Source of the DNA: Bacteroidota bacterium
GTDB lineage: Bacteria > Bacteroidota > Bacteroidia > Chitinophagales > JADIYW01
Direction of reading: 5' to 3'
DNA: 64,000 bases
NCBI GenBank assembly: GCA_963169645.1
Contig: CAUJCO010000007.1
Location: 162,737-226,736 of the forward strand
Under the pieces are notes generated by a model. It made no database searches, was not told the DNA's origin, and saw only the letters and a list, made by a program, of their open reading frames with translations. Below are positions 55,425 to 64,000 of the stretch, piece by piece. Made by a program: the position numbers and the translations under genes. Within the stretch, counting starts at the first letter, position 1; every line of letters starts with the position of its first letter.

Positions 55425-55520
55425 AGGCAAGTTACTTACAGCGCACCGCTCAACCAACTACCTTTGCTGCCTTCCGACCCTGGAGGATTCGCCAGGAGCT
55501 GGTCGTATAAGACTTGCCCG
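55425..55520 (-). ncRNA. ffs: Small SRP RNA (4.5S-type)
   Basis: GC-rich island. The minus strand reads ...CCTCCAGGGTCGGAAGGCAGCAAAGGTAG..., matching the conserved domain IV motif (CAGGxCxGGAAGGAAGCAGC). The terminal helix pairs ggcaagt with acttgcc. A -7 box TATATTTG lies at 55524-55531 (minus strand) and a T-run follows the 3' end. Confidence 0.85.
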
Positions 55521-55716
55521 ACACAAATATACAACATAATTCTTGCTTCTAAATTAAAAATAAGGTTAATTATAGGAAATAACATTTTATTTATTGGCAT
55601 ATAGATATGTATGTTGTTGCACATTAGAAATATTAGTAAATCATTACGTTTTTTAAATAATTTTTATGCTTACTATATTAGATATTTTACATTAAAATGT
55701 GTTGTATTTTTGGTAT

Positions 55717-56784
55717 ATGGAAGCAACTACAAAAACTACATTTAGCAAAGAGCAATTATTGGAAGATTTAAAGAATTGGAATTCGATGATAAAAAAATAT
55801 CAAGTTCCTAGCACAAAAGAAGCCATGATACAAATTGCGAATAGTTTTTCATTTTATGTTCTCTTATTAGGATTGCAATTTTATTTGTACGACAAATCAT
55901 TTTTTTGGTCTGCATTGGTAGCTTTGTTAAATGGATTTATGTTATCTCGTATTTTCATTATCCAACACGATTGTGGCCATAGCTCCTTTACAAAATATAA
56001 AACTTTGAATGAAGTAATTGGTACGGTTTGCAGTGTTTGCACTTTAATTCCATATCGTTATTGGGCAAAAAACCACAGTTTTCACCATGCACACAACGGG
56101 CAATTAGAAGTAAGTGATGTAGGCGATATTGAAGTATTTACAACCGAGCAATATGCGAATGCAAATTGGAGACAAAAATTATATTATCGCATTTACAGAA
56201 ATCCATTTTATTTATTTACCATTGGTGGTTTTATTTATGTGGTTATTTACAATCGTTTTGCATTTGTAAATTCTGATTATTTTAAAAAAGTAAAAAAGAG
56301 TGTTAATATCAGTAATGCTTTATTTATTGCTGTTTATGCATTATGTGCATACTTATTTGGTGTAGAGCGTTTCTTGGTAGTACAGTTTACCAACTTATTT
56401 TTCTTTGGTGTATATGCACTTTGGTTCTTCTATATCCAACATCAATACGAACATATTTTTAAAGCAAAAAAAGCAGAATGGAATTATGTCGTTGCGGCAG
56501 TGAAAGGTAGCACATATTATAAGTTACCACGTATATTTCATTGGTTATCAGGCAACATCGGCTATCATCATATTCATCATTTAAGTCCGGCTATTCCAAA
56601 TTATAATTTAAGAAAATGCCATTTGGAAAATCCGGTTTTCTTAAAACACACAAATACAATTACTTTTTGGCAAAGTTTAAAAACATTGCGTTCTAATCTT
56701 TGGGATGAGAAAAACCAAAAAATGATTTCATTTGGTGAGTTTAAAAGAATGCGTAAAGCACTAAAGAATTCAGTTCAAAAATAA
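55717..56784 (+). CDS. Membrane fatty-acid desaturase
   Basis: Three His boxes (HDCGH, HSFHH, HHIHH). The ORF opens at a GTG at 55699; the ATG at 55717 is preferred. Confidence 0.85.
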   Translation: MEATTKTTFSKEQLLEDLKNWNSMIKKYQVPSTKEAMIQIANSFSFYVLLLGLQFYLYDKSFFWSALVALLNGFMLSRIFIIQHDCGHSSFTKYKTLNEVIGTVCSVCTLIPYRYWAKNHSFHHAHNGQLEVSDVGDIEVFTTEQYANANWRQKLYYRIYRNPFYLFTIGGFIYVVIYNRFAFVNSDYFKKVKKSVNISNALFIAVYALCAYLFGVERFLVVQFTNLFFFGVYALWFFYIQHQYEHIFKAKKAEWNYVVAAVKGSTYYKLPRIFHWLSGNIGYHHIHHLSPAIPNYNLRKCHLENPVFLKHTNTITFWQSLKTLRSNLWDEKNQKMISFGEFKRMRKALKNSVQK

Positions 56785-56938
56785 TTAGCGTTATCGTTAA
56801 CTATAATTTTTTTCTTATCAATTGGATTAACTTGAACCATTAATAAGAAATCAAATTGCTTTGCAACAATACCTCGAAAGAGGTAACTCACAAAATAATT
56901 ATTTTTTTGATACTTGAATTGTTGCTAAAAAATCAGAA

Positions 56939-58291
56939 CTATTCTTCTTTATCTTCTTTTTTAGCTTCGGATTTTTTTAATGCTTCCTTATCTACTTTTT
57001 TAATTGACACACCGTCTTTTAAATCTTTACTAATGGTATTATATGGACCAACAATTACCTCATCTTTAGCCTGTAAGCCTTCCATAATTTCGATATAGGT
57101 ATCATCTTGTATGCCCAATTTTACGTGTTTTAATTGTGCTTTACCATTTTTGCTTGTAAATACAATTTCATCGGTGTGGTTGGCGCCATTATATATAGAA
57201 TCTTTAGTGGTAACCGCTTGGATAGGAATTGCCAAAACGCTTTCTTTCTTTTTTGTTCTAATCTCTACGGTTGCTGACATACCGGGCAAAAATGGCTTCG
57301 GTGTTTCTGCTAATAAATCAGCGTACGAACTTTCTAATAAGCGAACTTTTACTACAAAATTCGTCGATTGATCAGCAGTAGTTAATGCGCTAGAAGCACC
57401 TTTAGATGTATTGGCAACTTCAGTAACTATGCCCACAAATTTTCTATCTAAATAAGCATCTACTTCTACCATTGTTGTATCATTAACTTTCACTTTGGTA
57501 ATTTCACTTTCACTTACATCCACACGCACTTCCATATTATCAAAGTTGGCTATTCGCATCATTTCGGTTCCGGTCATTTGCAAGGTTCCTACTACCTTCT
57601 CTCCTTTCTTTACATTAAGCAAAGAAATAATGCCATCCATTGGTGCATAAATCGTCGTTTTATTCAAATTTAATTTGGCTTCTTTAATTGTTGCTTCCAT
57701 CGATTTTATAGTATAGTTTGCTGCATCTGCGTTGTGTTTAGCCGTTTCAATATCGGCTTTTGCTGCATCTACATTTGCTTTCGTTGTTTTAAAGGCGGTT
57801 TCAGCCGTTTCTAAATCAGCTTTTGAAATTAATTTTTTGGCGAACAATTCTTTCGCTCTTGTGAATGCTATTTCATTGGCGTTATATTGCGCATTTGCTT
57901 GTGCCAACATGGCGTTGGATTGCGAAATGCGAGCTTTAGCCGTTGCTAATTGAGCTTTGGTATTGTCGAGTTGTGCATTGTATTGTTCCACCACCGCTTG
58001 GTAACTTTCCGGTTTAATGCGCGCCAATAGTTGACCTCGCTGTACTTTATCGCCTTCTTTTACGGTTAATTCAATAATTTCTCCACTCACATCCGAACTA
58101 ATTTTTACTTCTTCTTCCGGATATATTTTTCCGCTAGCCGTTACAGATTGAATGATTGTACGATGGGTTGCAAGTTGGGTTTCTACTTCAAATGATTTAT
58201 TGGCGTTTCTTGTTTTGGAAACATAAACAGCAATGCAGATTGCTACCAATGTGATGCCTCCTAATATATACAGTAATTTGTTGTTTTTCAT
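56939..58291 (-). CDS. Efflux periplasmic adaptor (HlyD/MacA-type membrane fusion protein)
   Basis: N-terminal anchor, long Ala/Gln-rich coiled-coil hairpin, and beta-barrel/lipoyl blocks (ISSDVSGEIIELTVKEGDKVQRGQLLARI). Confidence 0.85.
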   Translation of the reverse strand: MKNNKLLYILGGITLVAICIAVYVSKTRNANKSFEVETQLATHRTIIQSVTASGKIYPEEEVKISSDVSGEIIELTVKEGDKVQRGQLLARIKPESYQAVVEQYNAQLDNTKAQLATAKARISQSNAMLAQANAQYNANEIAFTRAKELFAKKLISKADLETAETAFKTTKANVDAAKADIETAKHNADAANYTIKSMEATIKEAKLNLNKTTIYAPMDGIISLLNVKKGEKVVGTLQMTGTEMMRIANFDNMEVRVDVSESEITKVKVNDTTMVEVDAYLDRKFVGIVTEVANTSKGASSALTTADQSTNFVVKVRLLESSYADLLAETPKPFLPGMSATVEIRTKKKESVLAIPIQAVTTKDSIYNGANHTDEIVFTSKNGKAQLKHVKLGIQDDTYIEIMEGLQAKDEVIVGPYNTISKDLKDGVSIKKVDKEALKKSEAKKEDKEE

Positions 58292-58340
58292 GTCGTTGAT
58301 TTTGCTTGATTTTTTTCAGATAATCGTGTTTGCTTATACT

Positions 58341-59771
58341 TTAAAATGAAATAGATTTTCCTTGATAAAAATCTAATAATTTGGAATAGAAAAGATATTC
58401 ATATTTAGATTGAGTCAACTTGGAAATTGCTACATCAAAGTTTGATTTTGCCATGTTTAATTGTAATTGGTTTATACTTCCTAAATTAAAGCGTTCGTTG
58501 GCAAAGTCATACGATTTTTTGGCCGTTGTAAAATTTACATTAGCGGCTGTATAATTATCCATTGCGGCTGTGGCATTCAAATACGCTTTTTGAATTTTAT
58601 TAAATAAATCTATTGATGCTTGATTTTCTGATAACAAAGCAAGTTGATATTGTAACTTAGATTGTTTTACAGCAGTTTGAGTTTGGTATTTATTAAAAAT
58701 TGGCACTGTTAATGATAAACCGAAAGCATAACTTAAATTTTGATTCAACTGATTTTTATACGGATTTTTCTTTATTTCAGTTTTTGTTTCCGGCATTAAT
58801 ACTTGCTGAAACGTACCTTCTACAAATGCACCGGACGGAACAAAATTTCCTGTTGAAATAATATTATTTAGTTTGCTTTGTGTAGTAAAAAACGTATTGA
58901 TATTCCCTACAAAATTCAATGTTGGAATATAGCCTGTTTTTGCCACTTTAATTTGTCGCTGTGCACTCAATGATTTATAGTTGGCACTTTTAATTTCCGG
59001 ACGCAATGCCAATGCAGCCGCATAAACAGTTTGCACATCAGTTAAATTGGTAATTGAAAAATCCGCAGGTAATTGTGGTATCTCCACTTTAAAATCTGTT
59101 TTAGCATCTAATTGTAAAATAGTTTTCAAATCTAAATTAGCAAGTTCCAATTGGTTTTTAATTTGTGCTATTGTCAAATTCTCCGAACTCAACTGTGCCT
59201 CCACATCTACGATAGAAGATTCTGCTGCAGCACCAGCTTTTATTAATTCGGTGGTACGTTCAAATTGTTCTGTTGTGATGGTATGTTGTTTTTGAGCTTG
59301 TTCGTATTGCTCATTCGCATTCATAATATTTAAAAAAGCAGATAGTATTTGTAATTGAATATTACTTTCAACTACTTCTTTATCGAAACGAAGTGCTTGT
59401 AAATCTAATTGAGATTTTTTGACATTGCGGACAGTTTGCAAACCGTCAAAAATTGGTTGCGATATATTTAAACTATAATCTTGATAATGGACAGATTGTT
59501 TTTCATACGTATTCGAAAAATAGTTGTAATTATTTCCGATACCTAAATTATAATTTGAGCCTGCATGGATGTTCGGAGTGTAAATGGTTTTGGCTGCTTT
59601 CACATTTGATTCACTCAATTGTACATTCAAATTTGCCTGTTGAATTTGTATATTATTTTTCAATGCGTAATCTATACATTTTTGCCAATCCCAAACTTCT
59701 TGTGAAAATGATTGCACATAAGAAAATAAAATTAAAAAAAGTAAAACAGTACACTTCAAGCTATACTTCAT
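58341..59771 (-). CDS. TolC-family outer-membrane efflux protein
   Basis: Signal peptide SFS|Q and two-fold repeat architecture. It lies upstream of the adaptor gene. Confidence 0.85.
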   Translation of the reverse strand: MKYSLKCTVLLFLILFSYVQSFSQEVWDWQKCIDYALKNNIQIQQANLNVQLSESNVKAAKTIYTPNIHAGSNYNLGIGNNYNYFSNTYEKQSVHYQDYSLNISQPIFDGLQTVRNVKKSQLDLQALRFDKEVVESNIQLQILSAFLNIMNANEQYEQAQKQHTITTEQFERTTELIKAGAAAESSIVDVEAQLSSENLTIAQIKNQLELANLDLKTILQLDAKTDFKVEIPQLPADFSITNLTDVQTVYAAALALRPEIKSANYKSLSAQRQIKVAKTGYIPTLNFVGNINTFFTTQSKLNNIISTGNFVPSGAFVEGTFQQVLMPETKTEIKKNPYKNQLNQNLSYAFGLSLTVPIFNKYQTQTAVKQSKLQYQLALLSENQASIDLFNKIQKAYLNATAAMDNYTAANVNFTTAKKSYDFANERFNLGSINQLQLNMAKSNFDVAISKLTQSKYEYLFYSKLLDFYQGKSISF

Positions 59772-59881
59772 AAATTGAATTCATTTTTGTTATTAGTATA
59801 ATTTTAACTATAAATATTACAGTAAAAACTGACATAAAAGTACATCTAAAAGTTTTATCTTCAACCAGAAAAAATGGAATA

Positions 59882-60304
59882 ATGTTGGATTTTGATACGA
59901 TTTGTATGAAAGAAGCTTTAAAACTTGCGAAACAAGCTTTTGATGAAGATGAAGTTCCAGTTGGTGCGGTTGTTGCGTACGGCGATAGAATTATAGGGAA
60001 AGCATACAATCAAGTAGAAAAATTAAATGACCCAACGGCACATGCTGAAATATTAGCCATTACGGCAGCATGTAATTTTTTAGGAAGCAAGTATTTAGAT
60101 AAATGTACGTTATACGTTACATTGGAACCTTGTATGATGTGTACCGGCGCCATCCGTGAAGCACAAATTGCAACAGTTGTGTATGCTGCACCTGACACAA
60201 CACATAAGAAACTACAAGCGAATTTATTTGAAACAAAAAGTGGAATATTGGAAGCAGAAGCTACAGCTTTGATAAAGTCTTTCTTTAAAAGAAAACGTTT
60301 ATAA
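59882..60304 (+). CDS. tadA: tRNA adenosine(34) deaminase
   Basis: HAEILAI and PCMMCTGA zinc motifs. 140 aa. Confidence 0.9.
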   Translation: MLDFDTICMKEALKLAKQAFDEDEVPVGAVVAYGDRIIGKAYNQVEKLNDPTAHAEILAITAACNFLGSKYLDKCTLYVTLEPCMMCTGAIREAQIATVVYAAPDTTHKKLQANLFETKSGILEAEATALIKSFFKRKRL

Positions 60305-60342
60305 AATTCATCCAAATCTACTATTTACAAATAGATATAAAT

Positions 60343-60366
60343 AAAAAAGGTTGCATTACTGCAACC
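60343..60366 (-). terminator. Rho-independent terminator of ssb
   Basis: The minus strand reads ggttgca-gtaa-tgcaacc followed by T6. Confidence 0.7.
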
Positions 60367-60386
60367 TCTGCTCATAATTGTATGGT

Positions 60387-60725
60387 TTAGTTTTTCTTAT
60401 CCAATAATAGAAAATCCGATGCTACAATTTCTGTAATGTATCGCTTCACACCGTCTTTATCTTCATATTGGCGATAGGTAATTTTTCCGGACACTGCGAC
60501 TTGCATTCCTTTATCTAAAAATTTTTCGACTAAATCCGCTTGTTTACCCCAAACCAACACATTGTGCCATTGCGTATTTTCTACGCGTTCACCTTTGTTG
60601 TCGTAGTAATAGTCGGATGTGGCTACGCTAAATTTAGCGTACTTTTTGTCGTCTCCAAATGTTTTGATTTCGGGTTTTTGTCCTAAGTTTCCGATTAACT
60701 GTACTTGATTTCTGATTGCTGACAT
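60387..60725 (-). CDS. ssb: Single-stranded DNA-binding protein (OB fold only, 112 aa)
   Basis: NQVQLIGNLGQKPE...TQWHNVLVWGKQAD...V.GKITYRQYEDKDG. There is no Gly-rich tail and no acidic C-terminal tip. Confidence 0.85.
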   Translation of the reverse strand: MSAIRNQVQLIGNLGQKPEIKTFGDDKKYAKFSVATSDYYYDNKGERVENTQWHNVLVWGKQADLVEKFLDKGMQVAVSGKITYRQYEDKDGVKRYITEIVASDFLLLDKKN

Positions 60726-60953
60726 GTTTTTACTTTTTAATACGTTAAAAAATCAATTTCGTAGAATGCTCTTTCATTTTCGCGATTAAGTACATGAAGT
60801 TGCTTTCTTCTCACATAAAGAGTCGATTAGCATAAAAATTCCATAAAAAAATGAGAAAAAATTTAGATAAAAATCACAACCTACTGATTTTAAACAACTT
60901 AAAATAAAATAAAAAACTAAGAAAACACCTAAAGGATTACTTTAAATACAAAA

Positions 60954-61703
60954 CTATGGATACATTTGATACAATATTCGACTTAACTCCGATTGGTACA
61001 ATTCATGTTCGTGCACATTAAAATGATTCGCATTTTCAACCTCAAAAAAATGGTGCGTAGATTTTAAATAAGGAATTAATTTTTTGGACAGCTGTATCGG
61101 AATTAACTTATCGGCATTGCCGTGAAAAATAAACGTATCGCATTGTACTTGAGGTAAATAAGTATGATTTTCCAACTTAAACTTCAACTTTCTAAATGGA
61201 AATAACTTTACTTTTTGATGAAATAAATCCGGCATATCAAAATACGGTGAAACCAATACAAGAGCACTTGCCTTAATTTTTGTAGCTAAATTACTTGCTA
61301 ATGCTGTGCCTAAAGAGCGTCCGTATAAAATGACGTGATGCGTATGATGTATAGTTTGTATTGCTTTGTGATAAACTGTTTCAACTACTTTGTGCAATAA
61401 ATCTTCCGTGAGTTTTCCTTTACTTTTACCATACGTTGGATAATCCATTAACAACACATCGTAGTTATTTTCAATAAAAAATTCGGTTTTAGGTAAATGG
61501 TATTGAATGTGTTTTAATGTACCATGTAAGAAAAAAACTATCCCTTTGCTGTTGGGTGCCTTTAAATGAAGTAAATTGATTAAAAAAGGTTCGCCATCAA
61601 TTGTAAACTCAAAATTATGTTCTATATATGGATATTTACTCTGGAAAACATGCGATTTTCTCAAACGCTTCGACCGGAATATGATAGCACGCTGTAATAA
61701 CAT
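60954..61703 (-). CDS. Alpha/beta hydrolase
   Basis: HGT oxyanion region, nucleophile elbow GRSLGTA, and a C-terminal His. Confidence 0.7.
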   Translation of the reverse strand: MLLQRAIIFRSKRLRKSHVFQSKYPYIEHNFEFTIDGEPFLINLLHLKAPNSKGIVFFLHGTLKHIQYHLPKTEFFIENNYDVLLMDYPTYGKSKGKLTEDLLHKVVETVYHKAIQTIHHTHHVILYGRSLGTALASNLATKIKASALVLVSPYFDMPDLFHQKVKLFPFRKLKFKLENHTYLPQVQCDTFIFHGNADKLIPIQLSKKLIPYLKSTHHFFEVENANHFNVHEHELYQSELSRILYQMYP

Positions 61704-61822
61704 ACCTTAAATATAAATAGTAAAGTTTTTGTTTCAATACGCAACTATTTTTTTAGGATATATATAACAATTAAGGCTCGGAAAAATCCGAGCCCCAAGG
61801 TTTAAAATGCTAGACGTGTCAA

Positions 61823-62428
61823 CTATTTGATCAAGTCATCTATATATTGCATAAACTCTACATCGTTAACAGAAGTTCGTGGATTTACCGAAGCCACCAC
61901 TTTGCCGTTTTTATCTATAATAAATTTTTGATAGTTCCATTTAACCGGAGCATCTACAACACCGTTTTCATCTTTAGAAGTCAAATATTTATACAATGGG
62001 TCGATATCATTTCCTTTAACTGAAATTTTAGAAAACATTGGAAAACTTACGCCATAATTTTTAGTGCAGAACGTTTTTATTTCGGCATTACTCAATGGTT
62101 CTTGACCTAAAAAATTATTTGCCGGAAATCCCAAAACAACGACACCTTTATCTTTGTATTTTTTATAAAAGGCTTCAATTTCTTCTAATTGACCAACCAA
62201 CCCACATTGGCTTGCTGTATTTACAATAACGATTGTTTTTCCTTTATAGGTTGCTAAAGAAATGGATTTACCATCGATGTCTTTCATCGTAAAATCATAG
62301 ATAGATTGCGTAGGCAAAGCATTACCAATACTTGCCGAAGATTTAGCGGTGGAATTCGTATTGCATCCGGATGCCATAAATACAATGGATAACAACGCTA
62401 AAAAAAGTTTATTGTACATACGTTTCAT
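61823..62428 (-). CDS. Glutathione peroxidase family protein with a lipoprotein signal
   Basis: VNTASQCGLVG, LGFPANNF and WNYQKF blocks. N-terminal lipobox MASGC. Confidence 0.85.
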   Translation of the reverse strand: MKRMYNKLFLALLSIVFMASGCNTNSTAKSSASIGNALPTQSIYDFTMKDIDGKSISLATYKGKTIVIVNTASQCGLVGQLEEIEAFYKKYKDKGVVVLGFPANNFLGQEPLSNAEIKTFCTKNYGVSFPMFSKISVKGNDIDPLYKYLTSKDENGVVDAPVKWNYQKFIIDKNGKVVASVNPRTSVNDVEFMQYIDDLIK

Positions 62429-62654
62429 ATTTCATTAACAATATTACCGAATATTCGGTTCAAAGTCAATATTTGAACTTTTTATTCTATAACATTACAA
62501 TCAAATACAAAAATCATTCCAAATGCAAACAAATGTTATATCTAATTTCGCTTCACAGAATTTGTACATATTCTTTGAAATATTTTCACATAAAGTACAA
62601 GAAATGAAGACATAAGAATAATCGGATAAAACCTGCAACTAACTAATAATGTAG

Positions 62655-62662
62655 TATTTTTG
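62655..62662 (+). promoter_or_regulatory. -7 box TATTTTTG
   Basis: Matches TAnnTTTG, 20 nt upstream of the ATG at 62682. Confidence 0.4.
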
Positions 62663-62681
62663 TAACATCATAATTATATAT

Positions 62682-63413
62682 ATGGATTTAATTAGCAATG
62701 ACAAGCAACTACAAGATGCCACTTTACCGGAAACAAAACGCTATCACATTTTGATAGCAGACAAAGATAAAGCTTGCATCGAGGAAACTATAAAAACATT
62801 TAAATCGGATAATTACAAATTCACCGAAATAACCAAGAACAAAGATTTATTAGCAGTTATAAAAAAAGAGAAACCGGAACTCATTATACTTGAAGTAGAT
62901 TTAGACGGAACAGATGGAATTGAAACTTGTTGGGATATCCGTGCAGATGAGCAACTCTCAAAATTACCGATTGCTTTTTATTCAACTCGTTCCGATGATT
63001 TTACGCAAATAGCAGCCTTTGAAGCCGGTGCCGATGAATTTGTATGCAAAAGCACGCGTTCTCGTTTATTCAGAAATAGAATTAAAGCTTTACTTCGCAG
63101 AAGTTATGAAAAACAAGAAGCAACAAAAGCCGTTAAAAAATTTGGCAACTTAGAAATAGATGTCGAGCAAGTTGTAATCTTCAAAAAAGGAGAACCGCTT
63201 AAATTGTCCAAAAAAGAATTCCAGTTAGTCGATTTATTAAGTTCCAGACCGGGAAAGGTTTTTAAACGCAATTATATCTTATTAAAAGTTTGGGGCGATG
63301 ATATTATTGTCGGAGACAGAAACATTGATACACATATCAAAAAAATAAGAAAAAAAATAGGCAAGCAACGTATTGAAACAGTACGCGGAATTGGTTATAA
63401 ATTTATTGCTTAG
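62682..63413 (+). CDS. OmpR/PhoB-family response regulator (receiver + winged helix)
   Basis: The receiver domain carries the LEVDLDGTDG phospho-acceptor region. The C-terminal domain has LSKKEFQLVDLL...RNIDTHIKKIRKK...VRGIGYKF. Confidence 0.85.
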   Translation: MDLISNDKQLQDATLPETKRYHILIADKDKACIEETIKTFKSDNYKFTEITKNKDLLAVIKKEKPELIILEVDLDGTDGIETCWDIRADEQLSKLPIAFYSTRSDDFTQIAAFEAGADEFVCKSTRSRLFRNRIKALLRRSYEKQEATKAVKKFGNLEIDVEQVVIFKKGEPLKLSKKEFQLVDLLSSRPGKVFKRNYILLKVWGDDIIVGDRNIDTHIKKIRKKIGKQRIETVRGIGYKFIA

Positions 63414-63507
63414 TTTAACATTTCCTCCATCTTTTCTTATAATCGCAGATAAAACAAATTGCTATTTATAAAAGAAAAGTTTAATTTGAATTCATAAAAT
63501 TAAAATT

Positions 63508-63930
63508 ATGAATACAAGAATCTTTGTTGCAGCTTTAGTAGGTGCAATTTTATCTTTTCTTTTAGGATGGCTTATATACGCTTTCTTGGTTACTGATTTC
63601 TATTCAACGCATTCACTTATGAAATATTATGTAGGTTTGGAAAAATCACCTCCAAATTTAATTGGCATCTTTCTTTCTTGCTTTTCCTACACATTACTAT
63701 TGGCGGTTATCTTCGGTAGTCTTGCAAATATCACAACAATAAAAAATGGTGCATTAGCAGGAATAGCTATTTCGTTGCTAATGTATTTAAGTTTTAATTT
63801 AGGTATGTGGTCGATGATGAATTTAATAGGAAAAAGCATCGTTCTTGTAGATACACTTATAAATGCCATTACAGGTGGAATTATTGGTGCTGTTATTGCA
63901 TGGATTCTTGGTTATAAAAAAAGTGAGTAA
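63508..63930 (+). CDS. Small integral membrane protein (DUF1761-like)
   Basis: 140 aa with four hydrophobic segments. Confidence 0.5.
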   Translation: MNTRIFVAALVGAILSFLLGWLIYAFLVTDFYSTHSLMKYYVGLEKSPPNLIGIFLSCFSYTLLLAVIFGSLANITTIKNGALAGIAISLLMYLSFNLGMWSMMNLIGKSIVLVDTLINAITGGIIGAVIAWILGYKKSE

Positions 63931-64000
63931 AGATTCTATTGGATATTAAAGTGTAAATAATAAAAATTACATTAGCTTAGCTATACAATAACTACACGTA

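Noticed and set aside
56870-56885. GNRA-capped hairpin tacctc-GAAA-gaggta as a terminator for the desaturase gene.
   Set aside because: The stem is only 6 bp and the nearest T-run is about 17 nt away. It is too weak to call.
1-64000. Prophage, IS element, integrative element or defence island.
   Set aside because: No integrase, transposase, recombinase, phage structural, restriction, Cas, toxin-antitoxin or nucleotide-signalling ORF is recognisable in any frame. The only mobility signatures are the non-autonomous repeats and the 93-nt duplication reported above.

Overview
AT-rich (roughly one-third GC by eye) chromosomal segment from a member of the Bacteroidota. Supporting signals are T9SS C-terminal sorting domains, TAnnTTTG -7 promoter boxes close to start codons, Gln at +1 after most signal peptides, and TonB-dependent receptor/HmuY-type operons. 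About 55 credible CDS are present.

The recognisable housekeeping content is:
- a complete sufBCDS-sufE-sufT cluster followed by a bacilliredoxin and fmt
- glmM, fbaB (class I aldolase), an acyl-CoA carboxyltransferase, tadA, ssb and a cysteine-synthase-family enzyme
- a cobalamin riboswitch driving a btuB-like operon
- the small SRP RNA (ffs)

Three things stand out.
1. A family of five paralogous Sec-exported proteins lies in two loci (202-1760 and 13889-20278). All mature proteins start with QTGNVGIGT. They are built from shuffled modules, each opening with an xNVGIGT motif. They sit directly downstream of T9SS-cargo genes and directly upstream of a TlpA-like thiol-disulfide oxidoreductase. 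This is my best candidate for an undescribed cell-surface system.
2. Dense modular non-coding repeat fields occupy 1891-3250, 13145-13600 and 15341-15453. They combine a GTAG-headed 14-bp-stem hairpin (REP/RAYT-like), ATTCCC-N8-GGGAAT hairpins, 64-bp double-hairpin elements, TTCATTAY octamer arrays and heptamer arrays. They abut the family loci.
3. A 93-nt near-perfect direct repeat that includes the 3' end of an Lrp/AsnC gene brackets a single lipoprotein gene, which looks like a cassette-like insertion.

No integrase, transposase, CRISPR array, tRNA or rRNA was found. All functional calls come from motif recognition by eye; no searches were run.
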